Of a DNA stretch of 52,140 nt, positions 26,384 to 36,051 are shown one piece after another. The translations under genes and the position numbers were made by a program. The DNA lies in NCBI GenBank assembly GCA_016218805.1, contig JACRCW010000101.1, positions 1 to 52,140 of the forward strand, written 5' to 3'. The notes beneath the pieces were generated by a model. That model was not told the origin of the DNA. It saw only the letters and a program-made list of their open reading frames with translations, and made no database searches. Every line of letters begins with the position of its first letter. Position 1 is the stretch's first letter. The stretch comes from Deltaproteobacteria bacterium (GTDB lineage Bacteria; Myxococcota; JACRCW01).

Positions 26384-28420
26384 TCACTCCGGCGCGGGGT
26401 CGTTCCAGATGCGGCGGTAGCGGCGCGCCTGGGTCAGCAGGTCTTCGTCATGGATCCGGACCGCGTCCACCACCTGCCCGTCCTGCACCACCGGCACCAC
26501 CCGCGGGTAGACGTGCGCGCGCATGGTGGGCAGGTCCAGCGGCTCCGCGCGCCGGCGGACCTCCTCACGCAGCACCGGGTCCAACCGCGTGCCCAGCCGG
26601 TCAAACAGCTCCGTGGCCGCCCTGTCATCCGCGGTGGACTTGTACTTCTGCAGCACGGTCAGCAGCTCCGCCACACCCGCGCGCGCCTTCTTCAGGTCCA
26701 CCACCGTGTGAAACGTCTTCCCGTCCGTCTTCACCCGCCGCACGCCCAGGTCCTTCTTTCCCGTGCCGCCGTTCACCAGGTACTCGGTGACCAAGTGGTA
26801 GCCGCGGCGGTGCGCCTCGCGCAGCTCCAGCTCCGGGTCCGTGCGCATGGCCATCAGGTCCCCGTTCAGGTAGCCCACGTAGCCCACCCGGGCGGTGGCC
26901 TCCTGCTGCCGGGCGTCCTTGAACGCGCCCACCTCCACCAGCTTGGGATCCAGCACCATGTACAGTGCCACCAGGTCTGCGCGCGTCTCCTCCAGCGCTG
27001 ACCACGTGCGGCCCGCCAGCACGCGGTCCGCGCCCTTCACCGCCGGGTCCGGTTGCCCGCTGCCGTGGCCAATGACCTCGTGCATGTACACCAGCCAGCG
27101 CCGCGCCTCGTCGGACAGCGCCAGCCCGTCCGCCCGGTCCGCGGGCGGATAGAACTCGTTGATGAGCGCGCGGCGCACCTCTTCGGAGCGCGCCAGCTCA
27201 ATGTTCAACAGCACCACGTTCTTGCTGCCGTGGTCGCGCCGCAGGTCCGAATAGTTGGGCAGGTTGTACGCCGCCGCCGACATGGGGCCGGCATCGCCGG
27301 TGGCCGTGACCACGTTGACCACGCTGGCCACCGGGACCTCCACCTTGGCGCGGCGGTACCTGCTGTCAAACGGCATCTTCCCTTCAAAGTACTGCGCGTT
27401 CTCCGCCAGCCGCCGCACCAGCGCGCTGTCCGCGCGGAAGCTGACATTGGCCTCAAAGCTCCCCACCACGCCGCGCGGGTCCAGGTAGGACTCCACAAAG
27501 CCGTTGAGGTAGTCCACCCGCGTGTCGCTCTTGAGCCAGTGCACGCTGTGCTCGCGGAACAACGCCTCGTCACCGGTGGTGTAGAAGTCCAGCAGCGCGT
27601 GCATGGACCGGCGCTGTTCTTCGGATTGCGCCAGCGGCAGTGCCTTGCGCAGCCAGTGGGACACCGCCTTGAGTTCGTCCGAATACACCCCGCCAATGCG
27701 GTAGGGCTGCATGAACAGCCTGCCGTCACGCAGGTCAAACCGGACGTTGATCTTCTCCTGCCAGTACCCCAGCAGCCCCTCAATCATCGGCTGGGTCACG
27801 CCGCGCGCGTACAGGTCCGATGCGCTGCCCGCGATCATGTCGCGGTCCTTGCCCTGCTCCACGTGCACGGCTTCAAACTCCCCGTCCAGCAGCACGGGCG
27901 ACAGCCGCGCCAGCATCTGCGCGGTGGTTTCACCCGGGAGCCGCGGGAGGTGTGCGCCCGCGCGCGCCGCGGCCTCCGTGGCATCCGCCAGGTCCTGGGG
28001 CGTCAGGCCCCAGCGTTCATGCTTGCGGTGCATGCGCAGGTCATACGGCCCGTGGTGCACCAGCGCGCGCAGCAACTCTTCGCGCACGGCGGCGGCCACC
28101 GCGGGGTCCAGCGTCTCATTGCGCTGGTCAATCTCATCCAGCAGCGTGATGACGTCCGGCGCGTACCGGTGCACCTGGCGCGTGAAGATCCGGTCCCCGG
28201 CAATGGCCGCCCGGTTGAGCAGGTACACCAGCGCGCGCTCCCGCGGCGCCAGGTCCTCAAAGCCCGGCGCATCCACGCCCACAATGAGCGTCTGCTTTCC
28301 CGGTGGCCCAATGCGCCCCAGCTCGCCGAGCATGGGCGGGTCAGCCAGCGCGGCGGCACCGGACAGGAGGATCCCCAGCAGGGTGAGCAGACCCCGCGGA
28401 GTGCGCGTTGAAGTTGTCAT
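26384..28420 (-). CDS. Dipeptidyl-peptidase III family (M49) zinc peptidase, exported
   Basis: HEVIGHGSG (HExxGH), LEETRAD, NGFVESYLDPRG, NLPNY, GSKNV; N-terminal signal peptide. Confidence 0.92.
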   Translation of the reverse strand: MTTSTRTPRGLLTLLGILLSGAAALADPPMLGELGRIGPPGKQTLIVGVDAPGFEDLAPRERALVYLLNRAAIAGDRIFTRQVHRYAPDVITLLDEIDQRNETLDPAVAAAVREELLRALVHHGPYDLRMHRKHERWGLTPQDLADATEAAARAGAHLPRLPGETTAQMLARLSPVLLDGEFEAVHVEQGKDRDMIAGSASDLYARGVTQPMIEGLLGYWQEKINVRFDLRDGRLFMQPYRIGGVYSDELKAVSHWLRKALPLAQSEEQRRSMHALLDFYTTGDEALFREHSVHWLKSDTRVDYLNGFVESYLDPRGVVGSFEANVSFRADSALVRRLAENAQYFEGKMPFDSRYRRAKVEVPVASVVNVVTATGDAGPMSAAAYNLPNYSDLRRDHGSKNVVLLNIELARSEEVRRALINEFYPPADRADGLALSDEARRWLVYMHEVIGHGSGQPDPAVKGADRVLAGRTWSALEETRADLVALYMVLDPKLVEVGAFKDARQQEATARVGYVGYLNGDLMAMRTDPELELREAHRRGYHLVTEYLVNGGTGKKDLGVRRVKTDGKTFHTVVDLKKARAGVAELLTVLQKYKSTADDRAATELFDRLGTRLDPVLREEVRRRAEPLDLPTMRAHVYPRVVPVVQDGQVVDAVRIHDEDLLTQARRYRRIWNDPAPE

Positions 28421-28466
28421 GTGGCTTCCCCTGGAGACGGGTACGGCCCCCCGTCAGGGCGGAGGG

Positions 28467-29660
28467 TCACTGGCTGGAGGACGTGCCCATGGAAGACGCC
28501 GTGCCCGTGGAGGACGCAGCATCCGCGGAGGAGGCGGGCGCGGCGCTGGAGGCTGCCGTGGCGCTGGACGCGGGCGAGGCGCTGGACGCAGGTGCGGCGC
28601 TGGACGCCGGTGCGGCGCTGGACGCCGGCGCGGCGCTGGAGGCGGGTGCGGCGCTGGACGCAGGCGCGGCGCTGGACGCCGGCGCGGCGGCGGAAGAGGA
28701 CTGCGGCGCCGGGCCGGACGACGACGTCAACGGCGGGTCCACCGCAAAGATCACGGTGTCCGTGGCCTGGTTGCCCAGGCGATCCACCGCGGTGAACAGC
28801 GCGGTGAACTGGCCACCGCGATTGTAGGTGTGGGTGGCGGCAAACGCGGCCTGCCCGCCCGGGTAGGCCGGGTAGACGTTGTCGGACTCGTCGCCCCAGG
28901 CCACCAGCAGCGTCATGGGCGGCTCACCGGTGGCGCGCAGCACCAGGCTGACGTCCAACGGCGCACGGCCGGTGGTGGTCGCCGCCTGGGCATCCGCGGT
29001 CACGGCGGTCACGCCGGAAATCACAATGTCCTGCGTGTGACTGGCCATGGACCCCAGCGTGTCCTGCGCCAGCAGCGTGACCGCGTAGGTGCCCGCCACG
29101 GCGTATTCATGGTGGACCACCGGGCCGGTGCGCGGCTGTGTGCCGTCACCCAGGTCCCACCGGAAGTTGAGCGCGTTCACGCCGCCCTCCGCGGTGCCAA
29201 ACAGCGTCACGGACGACCCGGGCACCGCGTCACACGGGACGGCGCTGCAAGTGCCGGCGGTGTCACAGGTGCGGCACGTGAATGCCACGTTCTTCACCGG
29301 GCTCACCACGTGCGCGGTGGTGGACGCGGAGCCTTCGCCGCCGCGGCTGGTGGTGGCCTCCACGCGGACCTCAAAGTTCCCCGGCTCCAGGAACGTGTGG
29401 CCCAGCGAAAAGCGGCCGTCACCGCCCACATCCAGGTCCTGTTCCGCCGTCCCGTCTCCAAAGCTGACCTTGGCGGACAAGGACCCGCCCGTGGCGGAGG
29501 GCACGTGCACGCGGCCGACAAGCATGGCGGTGGCAGGGGCGTACGGCTCGTTGATCTCCACACGCAGGTCCTGGAACTCGACGGTGCGGTCGGTGCAGCC
29601 GGCGGCGGCGAGCACGGCGGTGGCGAACAGCGGGAGTAGGCGGGTGCTTCGGAGCGTCAT
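28467..29660 (-). CDS. PKD-domain lipoprotein with a C-terminal Ser/Ala/Pro repeat tail
   Basis: Lipobox LAAAGC; SFGDG, WDLGDG...HEYAVAGTYAVTL and WGD...THTY (three PKD-like units). Confidence 0.85.
   Translation of the reverse strand: MTLRSTRLLPLFATAVLAAAGCTDRTVEFQDLRVEINEPYAPATAMLVGRVHVPSATGGSLSAKVSFGDGTAEQDLDVGGDGRFSLGHTFLEPGNFEVRVEATTSRGGEGSASTTAHVVSPVKNVAFTCRTCDTAGTCSAVPCDAVPGSSVTLFGTAEGGVNALNFRWDLGDGTQPRTGPVVHHEYAVAGTYAVTLLAQDTLGSMASHTQDIVISGVTAVTADAQAATTTGRAPLDVSLVLRATGEPPMTLLVAWGDESDNVYPAYPGGQAAFAATHTYNRGGQFTALFTAVDRLGNQATDTVIFAVDPPLTSSSGPAPQSSSAAAPASSAAPASSAAPASSAAPASSAAPASSAAPASSASPASSATAASSAAPASSADAASSTGTASSMGTSSSQ
28535..28700 (-). repeat. 18-bp tandem repeats encoding SSAAPA
   Basis: gcggcgctggacgccggc-type units recur about eight times. 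Confidence 0.9.
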
Positions 29661-29851
29661 GACCATTCCTCGTGAGATGAGCCGGGCCGCGTGGGGGGGG
29701 CGGCGCGGGGCTGCGGCCTATAGCAGAAGTGGGCCGGGAGAAAAGGGGACGCGCCGCGGGAGCGTGCGCAGGGTTGACCCAGCAACGCGCTCTGCTAGGT
29801 ACGCGCGCCCGCCGGGGTGGGGACCCCGGCTGGCAACTGCGAGGAAAGCAC

Positions 29852-30724
29852 ATGGTGGCGATTGATCTGACGGGCAAGCATGCCCTGGTGACGGGCGTTG
29901 CGGATGACGTGGGCTTTGGCTGGCACATTGCCAAGGCGCTCAAGGCGGCGGGGGCCAAGGTGTACCTGGCCAGTCACCCGCGCACGGTGGCCATGGTGGA
30001 GCGCATCCTCAAGCGCGCCACCAGCCTGGAGGGGCGCCTGCTCCCCTACGGCACCCCCGGCGAGTTCCTGCCGGACGCCATCTGGCCGTGCGACGTGGAG
30101 TTTGACACCGAGGAGGACATCCTCCCCGAGCGCCGGCTGGTGAAGGGCTATGACGGGGACGTGTCCATTGCCGGGTGCATGAAGCGCGTGAAGGAGACCG
30201 CGGGCGGGTTGGACATTGTCATTCACTCGGTGGCGTTCTCGCCGGAAATCCAGAACGGCCACCTGGACACGTCCCGCAAGGCGTACCTGCAGGCCATGAG
30301 CATCAGTTCGTATTCGCTGGTGGCGCTGGTGCGGGCGGCCATGCCGTTGATGGAGGGCCGCCACGGCGCGGTGGTGGGGCTGTCCTACCTGGGCGGCGAA
30401 CGCGTCATGCCGTTCTACGGCGGCGGCATGGCGGCGGCCAAGGCGGCGCTGCAGCAGGATGCGCGGGTGGCGGCGTTCTTTGCCGGGCAGCAGGGGCACC
30501 GCGTCAACATTGTCAGCGCCGGGCCGTACGCGTCCCGCGCGGCCAGCTCCATTGGGGCCATTGATGCGGCCGTCCAACACGTGGCGGAGCACAGCCCGCT
30601 CAAGCAGCCCATCACCGCGCAGGACGTGGCGGACACCACGCTGTTCCTGTGCTCGCCCCTGTCCCGGGCCATCACCGGCGAGGTCATCCACGTGGACATG
30701 GGCTACCACGCCATGGCCGTCTGA
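29852..30724 (+). CDS. fabI: Enoyl-ACP reductase, plant/chlamydial-like FabI
   Basis: GVADDVGFGWHIAK, HSVAFSPE...DTSRKAYL, SSYSLV, YGGGMAAAKAAL, SAGPYASRAA. Confidence 0.92.
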   Translation: MVAIDLTGKHALVTGVADDVGFGWHIAKALKAAGAKVYLASHPRTVAMVERILKRATSLEGRLLPYGTPGEFLPDAIWPCDVEFDTEEDILPERRLVKGYDGDVSIAGCMKRVKETAGGLDIVIHSVAFSPEIQNGHLDTSRKAYLQAMSISSYSLVALVRAAMPLMEGRHGAVVGLSYLGGERVMPFYGGGMAAAKAALQQDARVAAFFAGQQGHRVNIVSAGPYASRAASSIGAIDAAVQHVAEHSPLKQPITAQDVADTTLFLCSPLSRAITGEVIHVDMGYHAMAV

Positions 30725-30856
30725 CCGCCCACCCCGGCACACCCCCCGGGGCCGCCGGGGCCACGGGCGGCTTGACCGCAAGGGTGCCGCGCCCGCTAGG
30801 ATGCCGCCCCACGCGTGCGCGCGGACGCGGTACTCAACACGGGGTCTTGGAACGAC

Positions 30857-31564
30857 ATGGGCAACCACAGCATCGTCCAAATCTTCGAAGAGGGCGGCTT
30901 CTTCATGTACGTCACGCTGCTGTCCAGCGTGGTCGCCGTCGCCTTCATGATCGAACGCGCCGTCACGCTGCTGTGGGCCTTCCGCATCAAGCCCGCGCCC
31001 CTCAAGCAGGCCATCAAGGAGGCCATTGCGGAGTTCAACATCAGCCGCGCCCTGCAGGTGTGCGCCCTCAATCCGGAGCACCCGCTGTTCATTGTGATCA
31101 AGGCGGGCCTGATGAAGGCCAACCGCGGCGAAAAGGAAGTGCTGCGCGCCATGGAGGAGGCCACCCTGGAGGTGAGCCCCCGCATCACGCGCCTCACCAA
31201 CTACCTGAACATGCTGGGCAACATGGGCACGCTGCTGGGGCTGCTGGGGACGGTGTTCGGGATGATCCGCGCGTTTGGGGGCCTGGGCACCGCGGACGCT
31301 TCCGCCAAGCAGGAGATCCTGGCCAAGGGCATTGCCGAGGCCATGTACAACACGGGGTTTGGGCTCATTGTGGCCATTCCGTGCACCCTGGCCGGCGTGT
31401 TCTTCACCAACCGGCAAGAGCGTCTCATCCAGATCATTGACGAGTTCACCATTGCCGTGACCACCAGCCTGGCCGCCGCGAACAAGGACCAGGCGGCCAA
31501 GGCGGCTCAGGCCGGCGGGGCCCCCGCGGGGCGCGCACCCACCGGCCAGGCCCCGCGCGCCTGA
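30857..31564 (+). CDS. MotA/TolQ/ExbB proton channel protein
   Basis: GGFFMY, GTLLGLLGTVFGMIRAF, LAKGIAEAMYNTGFGLIVAIP. Confidence 0.95.
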   Translation: MGNHSIVQIFEEGGFFMYVTLLSSVVAVAFMIERAVTLLWAFRIKPAPLKQAIKEAIAEFNISRALQVCALNPEHPLFIVIKAGLMKANRGEKEVLRAMEEATLEVSPRITRLTNYLNMLGNMGTLLGLLGTVFGMIRAFGGLGTADASAKQEILAKGIAEAMYNTGFGLIVAIPCTLAGVFFTNRQERLIQIIDEFTIAVTTSLAAANKDQAAKAAQAGGAPAGRAPTGQAPRA

Positions 31565-31593
31565 ACGCCACCTGAGGAAAGCGGGGTGCCCCG

Positions 31594-32091
31594 ATGAAGC
31601 GAAGACCGGCCAGCACCGACCAGCCGCTCAACGTCACGCCGCTCATTGACATCCTGAGCAACATTGTCTTCTTCCTGATGCTGTCCATTTCCTTTGTGCA
31701 CCTGCGGATGGTCAGCGCGTCCATCACGCAGGCTTCGGACAGCAATGACCTGGACACGGAGACCGCGCTCACCGTCACCGTGATGATGGGGGACTACGGT
31801 TACCGCGCCAACGCGCGGGACCCGCAGAAGAAGCCCACCGAGGGCGGCGAAGAAAAGAAGGACTTCCCCAAGGTGGGTGACAAGTGGGACAACGACGGCC
31901 TGGCCGCGTGGTTGCGCGGCATCAAGCTGCGCGCCCCCAAGTCTGACAGCGTCATCATCACCCCGGAACCCAGTGTGCCGCTGTCCCGCGTGGTGGATGC
32001 CATGGACCATTGCCGCGAAGCGCCCGTGCAGGGCGGCGGCGGCATGATGCCCACCTTTCCCAAGGTGGTGCTTTCCTCGCTTGTGAAGTGA
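31594..32091 (+). CDS. ExbD/TolR family protein
   Basis: LNVTPLIDILSNIVFFLM (conserved TM Asp); C-terminal VVDAMD. Confidence 0.9.
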   Translation: MKRRPASTDQPLNVTPLIDILSNIVFFLMLSISFVHLRMVSASITQASDSNDLDTETALTVTVMMGDYGYRANARDPQKKPTEGGEEKKDFPKVGDKWDNDGLAAWLRGIKLRAPKSDSVIITPEPSVPLSRVVDAMDHCREAPVQGGGGMMPTFPKVVLSSLVK

Positions 32092-32103
32092 CGGAGAGAT
32101 GCG

Positions 32104-32604
32104 ATGGAAGGCGGCATCCGCAAGAAGCGCCACAAGAAGCACCACACCGAGGAATTGAACATCATTCCGCTCATTGACATCACGGCGAACCTGCTGTTCT
32201 TCCTGATGGTGGGCATGGACCTCAAGGAGAAGGCGGAGGCCGGGGAAAAGGTGGAGCTGCCGGTGTCCTCCAGCAAGAGCCAGGAGGAGGTCTCCATGGT
32301 CCGGGTGGCCGTGACCAAGGAGGAACTGCTGCTGGAGGGCGTGAAACAGGCGTCCCTGGAAGGCGGCAAGATTGCCAGGTCAGACATCAACAAGGACGGG
32401 TTTCTGGGCAAGCTGCGCGCGGAGTTGGAGAAGAAGCGCAAGGCCATTGAGGCCAGCGGGCTGGACATGACGCTGGAGAAGAACAAGCCGGTGGTGTTCA
32501 TGCTGGCGGACCGGTCGCTCGAATACGACACGGTGGAGCTGGTGATGCGGACGGCGGGCAGCGCGGGCTTCCCGCGGTTCCGTTTTGGCGTGCTGTCCAA
32601 GTAG
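32104..32604 (+). CDS. Second ExbD/TolR family protein
   Basis: LNIIPLIDITANLLFFLM, VELPVS, ADRSLEYDTVELVMRTAGSAGF. Confidence 0.92.
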   Translation: MEGGIRKKRHKKHHTEELNIIPLIDITANLLFFLMVGMDLKEKAEAGEKVELPVSSSKSQEEVSMVRVAVTKEELLLEGVKQASLEGGKIARSDINKDGFLGKLRAELEKKRKAIEASGLDMTLEKNKPVVFMLADRSLEYDTVELVMRTAGSAGFPRFRFGVLSK

Positions 32605-32645
32605 GCCGGTTGTCCACCGGTGTGCGCGGTGCCAGTGTTCCCGGC

Positions 32646-33212
32646 ATGGTGAGTGTTCGCCCCCTGCCGCGGGTCCCGTACACATACGAGGCGTACCGCC
32701 TCATCCCCCACGACGGGCGCCGCTGGGAGCTCATTGACGGAGACCTGTACGTGAACCCCGCCCCCACGCCCTGGCACCAGGTGGTGTCGCGCCGCCTGCA
32801 GCACACGCTGATGGACCAGTTGGAGGAGCCGGGCATTGCCTGGGTGTTTGACGCACCCGTGGACGTGATCCTGGACCCTACCAACACCGTGGAGCCGGAC
32901 CTGGTCCTGGTGCGCTGCACCCGCCGGGAGTCCATCACCGGCCGCGGCATTGAGGCACCGCCGGACGTGGTGGTGGAGATCCTGTCGCCGTCCAACCGCG
33001 CGCATGACCAGGTGCTCAAGCGCCTGACGTACGCGCGGTTCAACATCCCGGAGTACTGGGTGGTGGACCCGGAGGTGGGCTCGGTGGAGGTGCTGCGGCT
33101 GGTGGACGGGCAGTACCAGCAAGGCGCCCGGTTTGACCGCGCCGGCGTCCTGCAGTCCGCGGAGTTCCCGCAGGTGCGCGTGCCCCTCCCCGCCGTGTTC
33201 AAGCCGCTGTGA
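32646..33212 (+). CDS. Uma2 family putative restriction endonuclease (second copy)
   Basis: WELIDGDLYVNPAPTPWHQ, VEPDL, PDVVVEILSPS, KRLTYARFNIPEYWVVDP. Confidence 0.93.
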   Translation: MVSVRPLPRVPYTYEAYRLIPHDGRRWELIDGDLYVNPAPTPWHQVVSRRLQHTLMDQLEEPGIAWVFDAPVDVILDPTNTVEPDLVLVRCTRRESITGRGIEAPPDVVVEILSPSNRAHDQVLKRLTYARFNIPEYWVVDPEVGSVEVLRLVDGQYQQGARFDRAGVLQSAEFPQVRVPLPAVFKPL

Positions 33213-33267
33213 CGCGCCCGTCCCATCCCTGCTAAGAGCCCGCCCGCCAAAAGACGCGGAGGACGGC

Positions 33268-34137
33268 ATGCTGGAGGAGACCGAGGCGGTGCAGGCCCTG
33301 TTGGATCTCGCGTTCCGCGAGGACGTGGGACCCGGTGACATCACCACCGACGCCGTGGTGCCGGAGGACGCGCGCGCCACCGCGCGGCTGGTGGCCAAGA
33401 CGCAACCCGCGCTGGTGCTGTACGGGCTCAAGGTCTTTGCCGAAGTCTTCCGCCGCCAGGATGACACCGTGTGGGTGGAGCTGCTGGCCAAGGACGGGGA
33501 CCTGGTCCCGGCCGGCACCGTGGTGGCCAACATCAACGGCCCCGCGCGCTCCATGCTCACCGCTGAACGCCTGGCCCTCAACCTGCTCATGCGCCTGTCC
33601 GGCGTGGCCACCTCCACCCGCGCCATGAAGATGGTCCTCAAGGACCACCCCACTGTGAAGCTGCTGGATACGCGCAAGACCACGCCGGGTCTGCGCGCGC
33701 TGGAGCGGGCCGCGGTGCGCGCCGGCGGCGGGACCAACCACCGCTACGGCCTGGCGGACGGCGTGCTCATCAAGGACAACCACGTGGCCGTGGCCGGCGG
33801 CGTGAAGAACGCCATTCAGCGCGCGCGCGCCCACGTGCACCACCTGATCCGCATTGAATGCGAAGTGTCCGACCTCCCCGGCGTGAAGGACGCGCTGGAG
33901 GCCGGCGCTGACGCCATCCTGCTGGACAACATGGACGCCGCCGCCATGCGTGAGGCGGTCGTGCTGGTGCGCGGGCAGCCCCGCCCGGTGTTTGTGGAGG
34001 CGTCCGGGAACATGACCATGAAGCGCCTGGTGGAGGTGGCGTCCACCGGCGTGGACGGGATCTCCGTGGGGGCCATCACGCATTCGGCGCCCGCGGTGGA
34101 CTTCAGCCTGGAGTTCACGCCCGCGCCGGCCACCTGA
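33268..34137 (+). CDS. nadC: Nicotinate-nucleotide diphosphorylase (quinolinate phosphoribosyltransferase)
   Basis: EDVGPGDITT, LDTRKTTPGLR, HRYGLADGVLIKDNH, LLDNM, EASGN. Confidence 0.97.
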   Translation: MLEETEAVQALLDLAFREDVGPGDITTDAVVPEDARATARLVAKTQPALVLYGLKVFAEVFRRQDDTVWVELLAKDGDLVPAGTVVANINGPARSMLTAERLALNLLMRLSGVATSTRAMKMVLKDHPTVKLLDTRKTTPGLRALERAAVRAGGGTNHRYGLADGVLIKDNHVAVAGGVKNAIQRARAHVHHLIRIECEVSDLPGVKDALEAGADAILLDNMDAAAMREAVVLVRGQPRPVFVEASGNMTMKRLVEVASTGVDGISVGAITHSAPAVDFSLEFTPAPAT

Positions 34138-34138
34138 G

Positions 34139-34753
34139 ATGGAGGACGCGTTCACCCGCGCCGAATCCCGCGCCCTGGACCGCCTGTCCACCGTGCACGC
34201 CATCCAGGCCTTCCTGGACCGCACGCCGTACTCCGTGGAGAAGGTCTACCGCTGCCCGCGCAGCGTGCTGCGGGACCGGCGGGCGCACTGCTTTGACGGG
34301 GCCGTGCTGGCGGCCGCCGCGCTGGAGCGCCTGGGGCTCCCGCCGCTCATCCTGGACATGCGCAGCGCCCGGGACGACGACCACGTCCTGTGCGTGTACC
34401 GCGTGCGCGGCGCGTGGGGCGCCGTGGCCAAGAGCAACTTTGTGGGACTGCGCGGGCGGGAGCCGGTCTACCGCTCCCTGCGCGAGCTGGTGATGAGCTA
34501 CTTTGACCACTACTTCAACATGGAGCGTCAACGCTCTTTGCGCAGCTTCTCCCGCCCGTTGGACCTGGCCAGGGTCCGCCTGCCGTGGCGCACCACCGAC
34601 CGGCCCATGGCCCGCATTGCGGCGCGGCTGGACCGCATGCCGCACACCCCCGTCCTCACGCCCGCGCAGCTGCGCGCACTTCGCCCCGTGGACCGCCGCA
34701 CCTTCCGCGCACACCAGCTGGGGACGGACCTGCGCGGCGTGTATTGGCCCTGA
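34139..34753 (+). CDS. Transglutaminase-like / vasohibin-like cysteine hydrolase
   Basis: AHCFDGAVLAAAAL, DDDHVL, WGAVAKSNF...PVYRSLRELVMSY; starts 1 nt after the nadC stop. Confidence 0.75.
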   Translation: MEDAFTRAESRALDRLSTVHAIQAFLDRTPYSVEKVYRCPRSVLRDRRAHCFDGAVLAAAALERLGLPPLILDMRSARDDDHVLCVYRVRGAWGAVAKSNFVGLRGREPVYRSLRELVMSYFDHYFNMERQRSLRSFSRPLDLARVRLPWRTTDRPMARIAARLDRMPHTPVLTPAQLRALRPVDRRTFRAHQLGTDLRGVYWP

Positions 34754-34914
34754 AGGAACCGCATCCAGGCGGGGCCTGGTGGTGGCCGGGCCGGAGGCGG
34801 CCCGGCTGCCGGGAGCCCAGGGCACGGTGTGCTTGATCGCCGGTCGTCGCGTGTCGTCGTGCGGTGGGGGATCGCGCCGCGGCGCGTGCGCGGCGCGGTG
34901 ACGGCGACCGGCGG

Positions 34915-35724
34915 TCAACGCGCGGCAGTGACCTGAAGGTGAATGGTGCCCATGCGGTTGCTGGTTTCCGGGACATACAGCGCGCGGGCGTGGTCCGGCC
35001 GGCGGAGGCTGGGCAGCACGGGCAACCCGCAGCGGGTGACGCCCAGGCCCACCGCCTCCCCGCTGCCATCCAGCGTCCAGAGCGCAAGGACCACTCGGTC
35101 CTCGTCCACCAGCTCCCGCGCGGTGATGTCCAGACGGACAAATGCGTTCCACTGCGCAGCGTCCGCGGTGCGCGCCCACGGCGTACACGCGATGTAACCG
35201 GTGGCCTCCTCGTACCAGCACGCGGACAGGTCCCCCGCGGGTGCCGGCACGCTGGCTTCAAACTCCACGGACCGGAAAAGCACATCCCAGCGGGAATCCG
35301 GCGCCACGTCGGGGCAGTTGGAGTTCCACGGGATGCTTGCGCACCATCCCTGGGGACAGACGGTCTCCTGGATGCGCCCGTTGGTGCATTGCAGGAGCAG
35401 GGTTTCATCCGCGGAGCAGAACGGACTGGGCGGCGGCAGCCACGTCCGGCACGCATCCCCTTGCCGGTTCCCGGACTGGTCACAGGAGTGGCACGTTTCG
35501 CCTTCCATGCTGCCGGTGGCGTAGCAGCCCCTTGGACCGCGGCACGGGACCGCGTGGTATTTCTCGTCGCCCGGGTCGCACTCCATCAGCACGCCGTCCA
35601 CGCACTGCGCGCAGCCGAAGTGCAGCGTGTTGCAACGCTCTCCTTCCGCCACCCGGGTGGGCAACAGGTCACACGCCGCCGCGAGGATCAGGAGGCACAG
35701 CAAAAGGGGCCTGTGGGTGTCCAC
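34915..35724 (-). CDS. Cys-rich putative lipoprotein
   Basis: SD AGGAGG before the GTG at 35724; lipobox ILAAAC; CRGPRGC and other Cys-rich repeats. Confidence 0.7.
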   Translation of the reverse strand: MDTHRPLLLCLLILAAACDLLPTRVAEGERCNTLHFGCAQCVDGVLMECDPGDEKYHAVPCRGPRGCYATGSMEGETCHSCDQSGNRQGDACRTWLPPPSPFCSADETLLLQCTNGRIQETVCPQGWCASIPWNSNCPDVAPDSRWDVLFRSVEFEASVPAPAGDLSACWYEEATGYIACTPWARTADAAQWNAFVRLDITARELVDEDRVVLALWTLDGSGEAVGLGVTRCGLPVLPSLRRPDHARALYVPETSNRMGTIHLQVTAAR

Positions 35725-36051
35725 GTCTGCCTCCTGGAAGCCATCAAAGGCAACGCCGCGTTCCGGGGACCGGTACCACCCGCCTGCATGAACGCAGCCA
35801 CGCCGTCGCTGGGCATGGAAGCCGGTTGAAACCTTGGTGTTGGTGTGCGGCCTGCCGGCGCCGCCACACCGCTGGCCCTCCACGGTCACACCCCCGCCAA
35901 ACACACCATGTGTTCATGGTCGGTGGATGCACCGAAGCCGCGCGGACGGGCCTCACGGCGCCACGGCGCACGAGGCGCGCCCAGGCAGCACCTCCATGCC
36001 CCGCGCGGGTCTTCCCCTCGGCGTGCAGGTCCTCTTGCGCGGTTCCCGCGA

